Positions 46,808 to 55,600 of a stretch of DNA of 64,000 bases are shown piece by piece. Source of the DNA: Corallococcus interemptor (GTDB taxonomy: Bacteria > Myxococcota > Myxococcia > Myxococcales > Myxococcaceae). The stretch lies in the NCBI RefSeq assembly GCF_042231085.1, contig NZ_CP102579.1; one strand, given 5' to 3'. Below the pieces are notes generated by a model. The model saw only the letters and a list, made by a program, of their open reading frames with translations, was not told the DNA's origin and did no database searches. The translations under genes were made by a program, and so were the position numbers. Positions within the stretch are counted from its first letter, which is position 1. Each line of letters opens with the position of its first letter.

Positions 46808-48469
46808 CTACGGGACCGGGGCGCTCTCCATCGGTAGCACCGCGGAGGCGATCAGATCCAGGCGCCCCTCGCGCAGCCACGCCGGGCCCAGCTCCAAGAG
46901 CAGGCGCGCCAGCGTGACGTTCACCACCCGACGCAGCTCTTCACGCGCGGCCTCCGGCACCTCGGGCGACAGCGCCGCCACCGCGCGCTCCGCCGCGCTC
47001 ACGCGCAGGCGAGGCGCCTCCGGGGTGCCCTCGAACAGGCGCTGGCCCAGCTCCACCGTGCGCCCCAGCGGCACGGGCCGCACGTCCACGCGCTCCTCCA
47101 GCACGGCCATGCCCACCACGGCCGCCCACAGCCGCTCCACGCCCAGCACGTCCAGCGACACGCCGAAGCGCGCCAGCACGGTGTGCGCCGCGTCCTCGGA
47201 GCCGCCCAGGAGCGCGCTAAGCGCCGCCACCTGTGCCTCCGCCCGCGCGAGCAGCCCCTCCGAGGCGGCCACCTCCCGCAGTGAACGGAACGGGACGGCT
47301 TCCGCGCCCGGGACGCGCAGCGCCCGCCGGGGGCGCTTGCGCCGCAGGGCCTCCAGCGCGGCGGCCTCCTCCGGGAGCACCAGCGGCACGTCGTCCAGCT
47401 TCACGAAGGGCGCCTTGAAGAGGCGGTCCGCGCGGTACTTGAGCTGGAGCGTCAGCGTGAAGCCCACCTGGAAGACGCGGCGCAGGGGCGTGTCCCGCAG
47501 CGCCTCCGGCGCCTTCGCGGGGTCGCCGCCCGTCAGGTGCTCCAGGCCCAGCGACAGGTAGTCGCGCACCCACTCGCCCACGCGGCGCACGGCCTCCAGG
47601 TCGCCCGGGTCGCCCAGCTCCGCGACGAGCACCGCGTTGGCCACCTCCCGCAGCTCGTCCTCCGCGTTCATCCGCTCCACGTCGGACAGGTCCCGGAAGG
47701 CCGCCTCCAGGTAGTCCACGTGGCCGCCCGTGGCGGTGAGCGCGGGCGTCCCGGGCCCGGTGGGGCGCGGCGGCACGTCCACGCGGCTGAAGAGCGCGAG
47801 CGCGTCCTCCAGCGACGGGAAGCCCAGGTCGGCCAGGCGCGCGCGGCGGAACTGGAACGCGGTCTCCTCCAGCTCGGAAGGGATCTCCCAGCGCACCGCC
47901 TCGAAGAGGCGCACCGCCTCGAAGGGGTTCTCCGCGATGAGGTCGTTGAGGAGCGCGCGCATGGCGGACATCTCCACGCCCTCCACCTTCAGCTCCACCA
48001 GGTAGCGGCCCTCCGGGGTCTCCAGCGTCACGCCCTGCGGGTTGACGTCCGGGTTCTCCTCCAGGTCGTGGACGACGGTGAACTCCTTGAGGAGCGTCTC
48101 CACCACCTCCAGGTCCACCGCGTGCACCTTGCGCAGGAAGTCCTCCTGCTCGTCGCCGCGCGCGGCGCGCAGCCAGGTGAGGACGGCGTGCGGGTCCAGC
48201 TTGTCCTTCGCCCAGCCGCCCAGGTCCACGAAGGTGCGGAACTGCGCGGGCGACGCGAGCTGCACGAGCTCCGTCGTGTCCGCCAGCCCCACCTCCTGGA
48301 TGGTGACGTAGAGGTCCTCCGCGGGCAGCGAGCGCACCAGCGCGGCCGTGTCCTCCGCGTCATAGAGCGCCGCCACCCGCTGGCGCGGGGACAGGCGCAT
48401 CAACCGCTGACGCTCCTCGCGGGGAGCGAGGGGCGAAACACCACCGTTCGTCTTGCCGTTCTGGGACAC
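46808..48469 (-). CDS. hypothetical protein (acidic, Leu/Glu/Ala-rich)
   Basis: 553-aa ORF with genome-typical codon usage. No TM segments, no signal peptide and no recognisable motif. Confidence 0.5.
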   Translation of the reverse strand: MSQNGKTNGGVSPLAPREERQRLMRLSPRQRVAALYDAEDTAALVRSLPAEDLYVTIQEVGLADTTELVQLASPAQFRTFVDLGGWAKDKLDPHAVLTWLRAARGDEQEDFLRKVHAVDLEVVETLLKEFTVVHDLEENPDVNPQGVTLETPEGRYLVELKVEGVEMSAMRALLNDLIAENPFEAVRLFEAVRWEIPSELEETAFQFRRARLADLGFPSLEDALALFSRVDVPPRPTGPGTPALTATGGHVDYLEAAFRDLSDVERMNAEDELREVANAVLVAELGDPGDLEAVRRVGEWVRDYLSLGLEHLTGGDPAKAPEALRDTPLRRVFQVGFTLTLQLKYRADRLFKAPFVKLDDVPLVLPEEAAALEALRRKRPRRALRVPGAEAVPFRSLREVAASEGLLARAEAQVAALSALLGGSEDAAHTVLARFGVSLDVLGVERLWAAVVGMAVLEERVDVRPVPLGRTVELGQRLFEGTPEAPRLRVSAAERAVAALSPEVPEAAREELRRVVNVTLARLLLELGPAWLREGRLDLIASAVLPMESAPVP

Positions 48470-48508
48470 GGCGGGGGTGCTACCACAGCGCGCCCGCCCC
48501 CGGCAGCC

Positions 48509-49129
48509 TCAGACGCGGGTGGCCTTGCCGAAGGTGTCCAGCAGCGTGCCCCACACCTCCTCCACGCCCAGCTTCTCCGTGGAGGAGAACGGGATGACCG
48601 CCTCGCGGGGCAGTTCCAACTGCTCCGCCAGCTTGTGCAGCCGGGGCTTGCGCTGCGCCTTCGTCAGCCGGTCCACCTTGGTGGCGACCACGAGGATGCG
48701 GCGGTTGTGCTCCTGGAGGTAGTCCAGCGTCTGCAGGTCCTCCGGCGAGGGCCCCACCTCCGCGTCGATGATGCTCACCACCACCTCCAACCGGTGCCGG
48801 TTCTTGAGGTAGGTGGTGATCATCTCCTGCCACTGGGCCTTGTCCGCCTTGCTCGCCCTGGCGAAGCCGTAGCCGGGCAGGTCCGCCAGGCGCACCGTGT
48901 GGCGCACGCCGTCGCGGTCCAGGTCCACGTCGAAGAAGTTGAGCGTCCGGGTGCGCCCCGGCGTGTTGGACACGCGCACCAGCTTCCGCCGGTTCGTCAG
49001 GGCGTTGATCATGGACGACTTGCCGACGTTGGAGCGGCCGACGAAGGCCACCTCCGCGGCGTGGTCCGTGGGCAGCCCCTTGAGCTCCACGGCGGTGGTG
49101 ACGAAGCGGGAGTCGAGGATCTTGATCAA
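48509..49129 (-). CDS. engB: ribosome biogenesis GTP-binding protein YsxC/EngB
   Basis: G1 GRSNVGKSS. G3 DLPGYG. G4 TKVD. Overall EngB collinearity. Confidence 0.9.
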   Translation of the reverse strand: MIKILDSRFVTTAVELKGLPTDHAAEVAFVGRSNVGKSSMINALTNRRKLVRVSNTPGRTRTLNFFDVDLDRDGVRHTVRLADLPGYGFARASKADKAQWQEMITTYLKNRHRLEVVVSIIDAEVGPSPEDLQTLDYLQEHNRRILVVATKVDRLTKAQRKPRLHKLAEQLELPREAVIPFSSTEKLGVEEVWGTLLDTFGKATRV

Positions 49130-49140
49130 GCGGGGGTCAC

Positions 49141-49650
49141 TTACTTCTTCGCCGTGGCCGGAGCCGGCGTGGAGGGGGCCGCGTCCGCGCGGGTCTGCTT
49201 GCGGGCGCGTTCGGCGGACCAGTGGTCGATGGCCTTCAGCGCTTCCTTGAAGTCGAACGGGCGCAGGGACGGCGAGGACGCGTCATGGCAGGTGCGGCAC
49301 TGCTTCTCCGACGGGTCCACCAGACCCACCAGCCGCGCCAGCTCCGGGTCCTTCATCACGTAGGACGGCGAGTAGTACTGCCCGCCGCCATGGCACGTCT
49401 CGCAGGTGACGGCCGAAAGCTGCTGCTCCGCCTGGTCCGGCGCGTGGCAGGACAGACACCGCGCGTCCTTCTTCTGGCTGTCCGCCAGCGTCTCCGTCGC
49501 ACGGGCGTGCTTGGACTTCATCCACGCGTCGTATGCCTCCGGGTGGCAACCCTTGCAGCTATCGGGGCCCGTGAAGTCCGCGGCGCCGGCGAGGCCGCCA
49601 CCGAGGGCGAGCAGGAGGGCGGAAAAGACCCGGAAGGCACGAGGAGACAT
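49141..49650 (-). CDS. periplasmic multihaem (tetrahaem) c-type cytochrome
   Basis: Signal peptide MSPRAFRVFSALLLALGGGLAGAAD. Four CxxCH motifs (CKGCH, CLSCH, CETCH, CRTCH) in 169 aa. Confidence 0.75.
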   Translation of the reverse strand: MSPRAFRVFSALLLALGGGLAGAADFTGPDSCKGCHPEAYDAWMKSKHARATETLADSQKKDARCLSCHAPDQAEQQLSAVTCETCHGGGQYYSPSYVMKDPELARLVGLVDPSEKQCRTCHDASSPSLRPFDFKEALKAIDHWSAERARKQTRADAAPSTPAPATAKK

Positions 49651-49785
49651 GCCTTGTGCACGTAGCAGAGGCCCCTGGAGGGGGCAAGGCGTCTCGTTCG
49701 TGATTGAATACCGGGTGGACAGGCGCGTGGCTTGAGGTAACGGACCTTGAGGCGTGCCTGCCTGATCCGCTAGGGAGGAGTCGAG

Positions 49786-50268
49786 ATGCGGACCCCCGTG
49801 ATTGCCGTCCTGTGTGCCGTCGCCGTCCTTGCCTTCTGCCTGCCCGCCTCCGCCAAGCCGTGGCAGGGCATCGAGCCCGGGTCCTCCAAGAAGGAGGACG
49901 TGGTGAAGAAGTTCGGGGAGCCGTCCCGGACCATGAGCCAGGACGGCAAGGAGATCCTGGCCTACTTCTCCAAGGAGGCCATCAAGGGCACCACCCAGGC
50001 CCAGTTCAAGGTGGACCCGGCCACCCAGTTGGTGGAGCGCATCGACGTGTTCCCCGGGCCCGTCATCGAGAAGGACACCATCGAGAACAGCTACGGCCCC
50101 GCCTGCCCGGCCGGCGCCATGCCCGCCACGCCCTGCTACCTGCGCAAGCTGACGGACGACTTCCGCACCTACTTCCTCTACGTGAAGCTGGGCGTGGCCA
50201 TCTTCTTCAACGAGGACGGCAAGACGGTGCAGTCCTTCGTCTTCACCACGCCCAAGGCCGCGAAGTAG
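49786..50268 (+). CDS. secreted hypothetical protein
   Basis: Signal peptide MRTPVIAVLCAVAVLAFCLPASAKP. 160 aa with no recognised domain. Confidence 0.5.
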   Translation: MRTPVIAVLCAVAVLAFCLPASAKPWQGIEPGSSKKEDVVKKFGEPSRTMSQDGKEILAYFSKEAIKGTTQAQFKVDPATQLVERIDVFPGPVIEKDTIENSYGPACPAGAMPATPCYLRKLTDDFRTYFLYVKLGVAIFFNEDGKTVQSFVFTTPKAAK

Positions 50269-50270
50269 CC

Positions 50271-50867
50271 GTGCACGTCTTCGGCCTGACGGGCGGCATC
50301 GCCTCCGGCAAGAGCACGGTGAGCCGGATGCTGCGGGAGCTGGGCGCGCGCGTGCTGGACGCGGACGTGCTCGCCCGCGAGGTGGTGGAGCCCGGCACGC
50401 CCGGCCTGAGGCGCATCGACGAGCGCTTCCCCGGCGTGGTGGGCCCGGACGGCCGCCTGGACCGGGTGAAGCTGGGCGCGCACATCTTCGCGGACCCCGG
50501 GGAGCGGGCCGCCCTCAACGCCATCGTGCACCCGGAGGTGCGCGCCCTCTTCCTCCAGAAGCTCCAGGCGCTGGAGGCCGAAGGCGTCACCCACGCCGTG
50601 TACGACGTGCCGCTGCTCATCGAAACGGGCCTGCACCAGGCGATGGAGGGCGTGGCCGTGGTGTGGGTGCCCCGGGACGTGCAGAAGGCGCGGCTGATGG
50701 CGCGCGACGGGCTCTCCGCGGACCAGGCGGAGGCGCGGCTTGGGGCGCAGATGCCGCTGGACGACAAGCGCGCCCACGCGACGTGGGTCATCGACAACAG
50801 CGGCGCGCCGGAGGCCACCCGTCCACAGGTGGAAGCGGTGTGGCGGGCGATGCTCGCGCACGGCTGA
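50271..50867 (+). CDS. coaE: dephospho-CoA kinase
   Basis: The GTG start immediately follows the upstream stop. P-loop GLTGGIASGKST. CoaE-like throughout. Confidence 0.8.
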   Translation: MHVFGLTGGIASGKSTVSRMLRELGARVLDADVLAREVVEPGTPGLRRIDERFPGVVGPDGRLDRVKLGAHIFADPGERAALNAIVHPEVRALFLQKLQALEAEGVTHAVYDVPLLIETGLHQAMEGVAVVWVPRDVQKARLMARDGLSADQAEARLGAQMPLDDKRAHATWVIDNSGAPEATRPQVEAVWRAMLAHG

Positions 50868-50890
50868 CGGGCGGTTATGCTGCGCCGCGC

Positions 50891-52060
50891 ATGAGCGAGA
50901 CGTCGAAGACGCGGCAGGTCCCTGGCACCTACTTCATCACCGGCTACCCGGGCTTCATCGGCAAGCGGCTGGTGGAGCACATCGCGCGGGAGGACCCGAA
51001 AGGGCACATCTACGCGCTCGTGCAGCCCAAGGCCTTCAAGGAGGCACAGGCGCTCGCGGCGAAGGTGAAGGGCGCGCGCGTGGAGCTGCTCACCGGTGAC
51101 GCGGTGGACATGCACCTGGGCCTGTCCGGCGAGGAGTACCAGCGCCTGTGCGAGCGGGTGACGGACATCTTCCACCTGGCCGCCGTCTCCCAGTTGGGCG
51201 TGCCCAAGGAGACCGCGTGGCGCGTGAACGTGGACGGCACGCGCAACCTGCTGGAGCTGGCGCGCGACTGCGAGAACCTCGCCCGCTTCAACCACTTCTC
51301 CACCTGCTACGTGTCCGGCGACCGCGTGGGCGTCATCGCCGAGGACGAGCTGGACCGGGGCCAGTCCTTCCGCAACGCCTACGAGGAGACGAAGTTCCAG
51401 GCGGAGCGGCTGGTGCAGCGCGCCTCCGCCACCCTCCCCGTCACCATCTTCCGCCCGTCCAGCGTGGTGGGCGACTCGCGCACGGGGGAGATCGACCGCT
51501 TCGAGGGCCCCTACTACCTGGGCATCCTGCTCGTCACGTCCCCGCTGGTGGTGCCGCTGCCCCTGCCGGGCAACGGCGTGGCGCCGCTCAACGTCGTCCC
51601 GGTGGACTTCGTGGTGGAGGCGGTGTGGCGGCTGTCGCGCGATGAAAGGGCGAAGGGGCGCACCTTCCACCTGGTGGACCCCAACCCCATGAGCGCGCGG
51701 CGCGTGTACGAGCTCATCGCGGAGAAGGCCCACAAGCGGCTGCCGCGCTTCAACCTGTCCGCGCGCGCCGCGGACGTGATGCTGCGGCTGCCCGTGCTGG
51801 AGAAGCTGGCCCGGCCCCAGCGCGCCGCCATCAGCTACGTGAACCACCTGGCCATCTACAACTGCCACAACACGCTGGAGCTGCTCGACGGCACCGGCGT
51901 GCGCTGCCCGCCGCTGTCGACGTACCTGGATCAGCTCGTCGCCTACGTGCGCGAACAGTACAAGCAGCGCAAGGAGGGCGCGGAGGTCGAGGACCCGCTG
52001 GACCACGGCCCACTGCCCTCTTCGGAGGAAGGCGCGCCGGCGCCGCGCTCGCGCCGCTGA
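50891..52060 (+). CDS. SDR-family NAD-dependent epimerase/thioester-reductase-like protein
   Basis: N-terminal TGYPGFIGKRLVEH is a Rossmann GxxGxxG-type motif. YxxxK-like catalytic region. Extended (~390 aa) form typical of fatty-acyl-CoA/thioester reductases. Confidence 0.7.
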   Translation: MSETSKTRQVPGTYFITGYPGFIGKRLVEHIAREDPKGHIYALVQPKAFKEAQALAAKVKGARVELLTGDAVDMHLGLSGEEYQRLCERVTDIFHLAAVSQLGVPKETAWRVNVDGTRNLLELARDCENLARFNHFSTCYVSGDRVGVIAEDELDRGQSFRNAYEETKFQAERLVQRASATLPVTIFRPSSVVGDSRTGEIDRFEGPYYLGILLVTSPLVVPLPLPGNGVAPLNVVPVDFVVEAVWRLSRDERAKGRTFHLVDPNPMSARRVYELIAEKAHKRLPRFNLSARAADVMLRLPVLEKLARPQRAAISYVNHLAIYNCHNTLELLDGTGVRCPPLSTYLDQLVAYVREQYKQRKEGAEVEDPLDHGPLPSSEEGAPAPRSRR

Positions 52061-52605
52061 ACAGGGTTTCCGCCCGCACGCAAGGTGCGGCGCGGCACCT
52101 GTGTCATGGCCACGCATGCCTGGTTGCTACGGCTTATTCCAGACTGACAATTGTTACTGGGTTGCTAACGCAAAGTTGCAGGGGCCCCCCTCTTTTCAAC
52201 GAAACAGTGTCCTGGTTAGCATGCGCTCCCACTGAACCCGGCGCGGTGAAGACAACCGCGCCTGGAAGAGTGGGTTGGAGAGCAGCGCTTGCCGGTGACC
52301 GTTGACAGTCGATTCGGATGGGCCGCCCCGGGTTCGGGTGTGGCGCCCGGGCTGTCCGGCCAGTCGCAGCGCTTCGCACCCGTCCTGGTCGCCTCGCGCG
52401 TCCCGCCTTCGCACGCTGAAGTCCCCGCGCACGTCGCCCATGCGACCTGTGGCGTTGGGCAGCGTTTCCTATCGGGCTGTCGTCCATCCACGGTCCGCCA
52501 TCCGTAGCGGGGCGGTCCGCCTCCCCCGGCGGACCTCTCCTCTTGCAGTCGTCGTCTCTCGCAGTCCCCTCGTCCGGCAGTACATACCCCCAAGAAGGAA
52601 GGCGC

Positions 52606-55600
52606 ATGCGTCTCAGGGAAAAGCTGTTGACCAGCCTGCTGCTGGTGCCCATCGCGGGTACCAGCGCGTGGGCCAAGGAGCGGTCGAACTACGACGCGTT
52701 CCTGGAGCAGCGGGACTCCCGCTCTCTCGCCGTGGATTCGAACACGGCGGTGTCCCGCGGGCTTCGCATCGAGCAGTCCGAGCAGCGGCTCGGCGTGCCG
52801 ACGTTCGCGTGGGCCACGCAGGACGGCGCGCAGTCCAAGTCCGTCATCCGCTCCGGCATGACGGTGGAGGGCGCGGCGCGCGCGCACCTGCAGACCGTGG
52901 CGGACAACTACCGCCTGACGCGTGAGGATGTCGCGGGCGCGAACCTGCGCTCGGTGCACAACACCGGCAAGGGCGCCATCGTCGCGACCTTCAACCAGTC
53001 GGTGGGCGGCATCCCCGTCTTCCGCAATGAGATCAAGGTCATCATGGGCCAGGACCTGCGCCTGGTGGCCGTGAGCGGCTACCTGGCCCCGTCCGAGCTG
53101 GCGCTGTCCGCCCGCACCAAGGCGCGCGCCGGCTTCAACCTGGGCGCCGCGGACGCGGTGTCCGGCGCGTTCAAGGACCTGACGGGCTCCGGCACGCAGG
53201 CCACCTCGTTCATCAACGCGGGCACGCGCGGTGACGACACCTTCTTCGAGCTGGCCCCCGGCGCGAAGTCCGCGCTGCCGCAGGACCTGGCCACCCCGGC
53301 CCGCGCCCGGCAGGTGTTCTTCATGCTGGCCGGCAACCTGGAGCCGGCCTGGTACGTGGAAGTGAACGCCGGCCCCAAGGCCGCGCGCTCCAGCCAGTAC
53401 TTCGGCTACGTCATCTCCGCCGCCACCGGCCAGGTGCTCTTCCGCAACGACCTGTCCGCGGACGCCGGCACGGCCTTCACGTACAAGGTCTGGGCGGACA
53501 CGGCGTCCCCGTTCATCCCGGAGGACGGTCCCCAGGGCAACGACGCGACCCCGCACCCCACGGGCACGCGCGACGGCTACCAGGCCCCGCTGAACCGCCC
53601 GGCGAACGACATCACCCTGGCCAACAGCCCCTACAGCAAGAACGACCCCTGGCTGCCGGCCAACGCCACGCAGACCACGGGTAACAACGTGGACGCGTAC
53701 GCGGACCTGAACGCGCCGGACGGCTTCCAGCCCGGCACCAACGACACCCGCGCGGAGACGACGAGCGAAAACACCTTCGCGTACGTCTACGACACGACCA
53801 AGGCCCCGGGCACCAGCACCGAGCAGATCAAGGCCTCGGTGGTGAACCTGTTCTACGTGAACAACTTCCTGCACGACTGGTTCTACGACGCCGGCTTCGA
53901 CGAGGCCGCGGGCAACGCCCAGTCGTTCAACTTCGGCCGTGGCGGCGTGGAGGGCGACCCCCTCCAGGCCCAGGCGCAGGACTACGGCGGCCGCAACAAC
54001 GCGAACATGAGCACGCCGGCGGACGGTGCGTCCCCGCGCATGCAGATGTACGTGTTCGACGGCACGCCCGAGCTGTCCGTCACCGCGCCCGCGGCGCTGG
54101 CCGGTATCTACGAGGCCGGCTCCGCCAGCTACGGCAAGCAGGCGTACGACGTCACGGGTGAGATCAAGGTCCCGGAGACCAACAAGGACGGCTGCGCCGC
54201 GTTCGACCCGGGCTACTTCACCGGGAAGATCGCCCTCATCGACCGCGGGACGTGCAACTTCGTCATCAAGTCGCTCAACGCGCAGAACGCGGGCGCCATC
54301 GCCACGGTCATCGCGAACAACGCCGCCGGCAGCACCATCAGCATGGGCGGCAACGGCACGGATGACGCGAAGATCAACACGCCGTCCCTGATGATCACCC
54401 AGGCCGCGGGCACCGCGTGGAAGGCGGCGGCGGCCACCGAGCCGGTGTCCGTGCACTTCCTGCGCGCGCCGGACCAGGACCGCGACGGTACGCTCGACAA
54501 CGGCATCATCGCGCACGAGTGGGGTCACTACATCAGCAACCGCCTCGTCGGTAACGCCGCGGGCCTGAGCAACAACCAGGGCCGCTCCATGGGCGAGGGC
54601 TGGGGCGACTTCCACGCCATGCTGATGCAGGTGCGTGAGTCCGACCGGACCAAGGCGGGCAACAACAACTGGCAGGGCGTCTACAGCACCGCCGGCTACG
54701 TCACGAGCGGTGGCAAGAACCAGGGCTACTACTACGGCATCCGTCGCCTGCCCTACACGACGGACATGAGCAAGAACGGCTACACGTTCCGCCACATCGC
54801 CAACTTCACGACCCTGCCCAACGAGCTGGCGACGGCGAGCACCGCCAACAACAGCGAGGTCCACAACAGCGGTGAGGTGTGGGCCACGGCGCTGTGGGAG
54901 TGCTACACGAGCCTGCTGAACGCGCACCCGTTCCAGGAGGCGCAGGACCGCATGAAGCGGTACCTCGTCGCCTCCTACAAGGCGACGCCGAACGCGCCGA
55001 CCTTCACGGAAGCGCGTGACGCGGTGCTGGCCGTGGCGCTCGCGAGCGACCCGGCGGACTACCAGCGCTTCGTGGCGGCCTTCGCCAAGCGCGGCCTCGG
55101 CTTCGGCGCCAAGTCGCCGGACCGCGACGCGTTCGACCACATCGGCGTGACGGAGAGCTTCGCCTCGGCCGGCAACCTGGAGGTCACCAGCATCACGCTG
55201 GCGGACAGCGCGGGCGGCTGCGACCAGGACGGCATCCTCGACATCGGTGAGCAGGGTGAGCTGAAGATCACCGTGCGCAACGTGGGCGGCAACGGGCTGA
55301 GCGCCTTCTCCGGCACCGTCAGCAGCACCAGCACCACGGCGACGCTGGAGTTCCCGAACGGCGCGGCGATCAACGTCCCCGCCCTGTCCCGCGGCGCCTC
55401 GGCGACGATCACCGTGCCCGTCAACGTCACCGCGGTCTCCGGCTCGCCCGCGCGCGCCGGCATCAAGGTGGTCTTCGACACCAACGAGATCCCGGCGGCG
55501 GCGAAGACGGTGACGTTCGACCCGCGCGTCAACTACGACCACGTCCCCACCACCAGCAACACGGAGACGTTCGAGTCCGGCCTGCGCGGGTGGACGGTGT

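Noticed and set aside
52230-52260. Putative sigma-54 promoter (TGG...GC) upstream of the protease
   Set aside because: The GG/GC spacing does not fit the -24/-12 consensus (TGGCAC-N5-TTGC). It is only a partial match.
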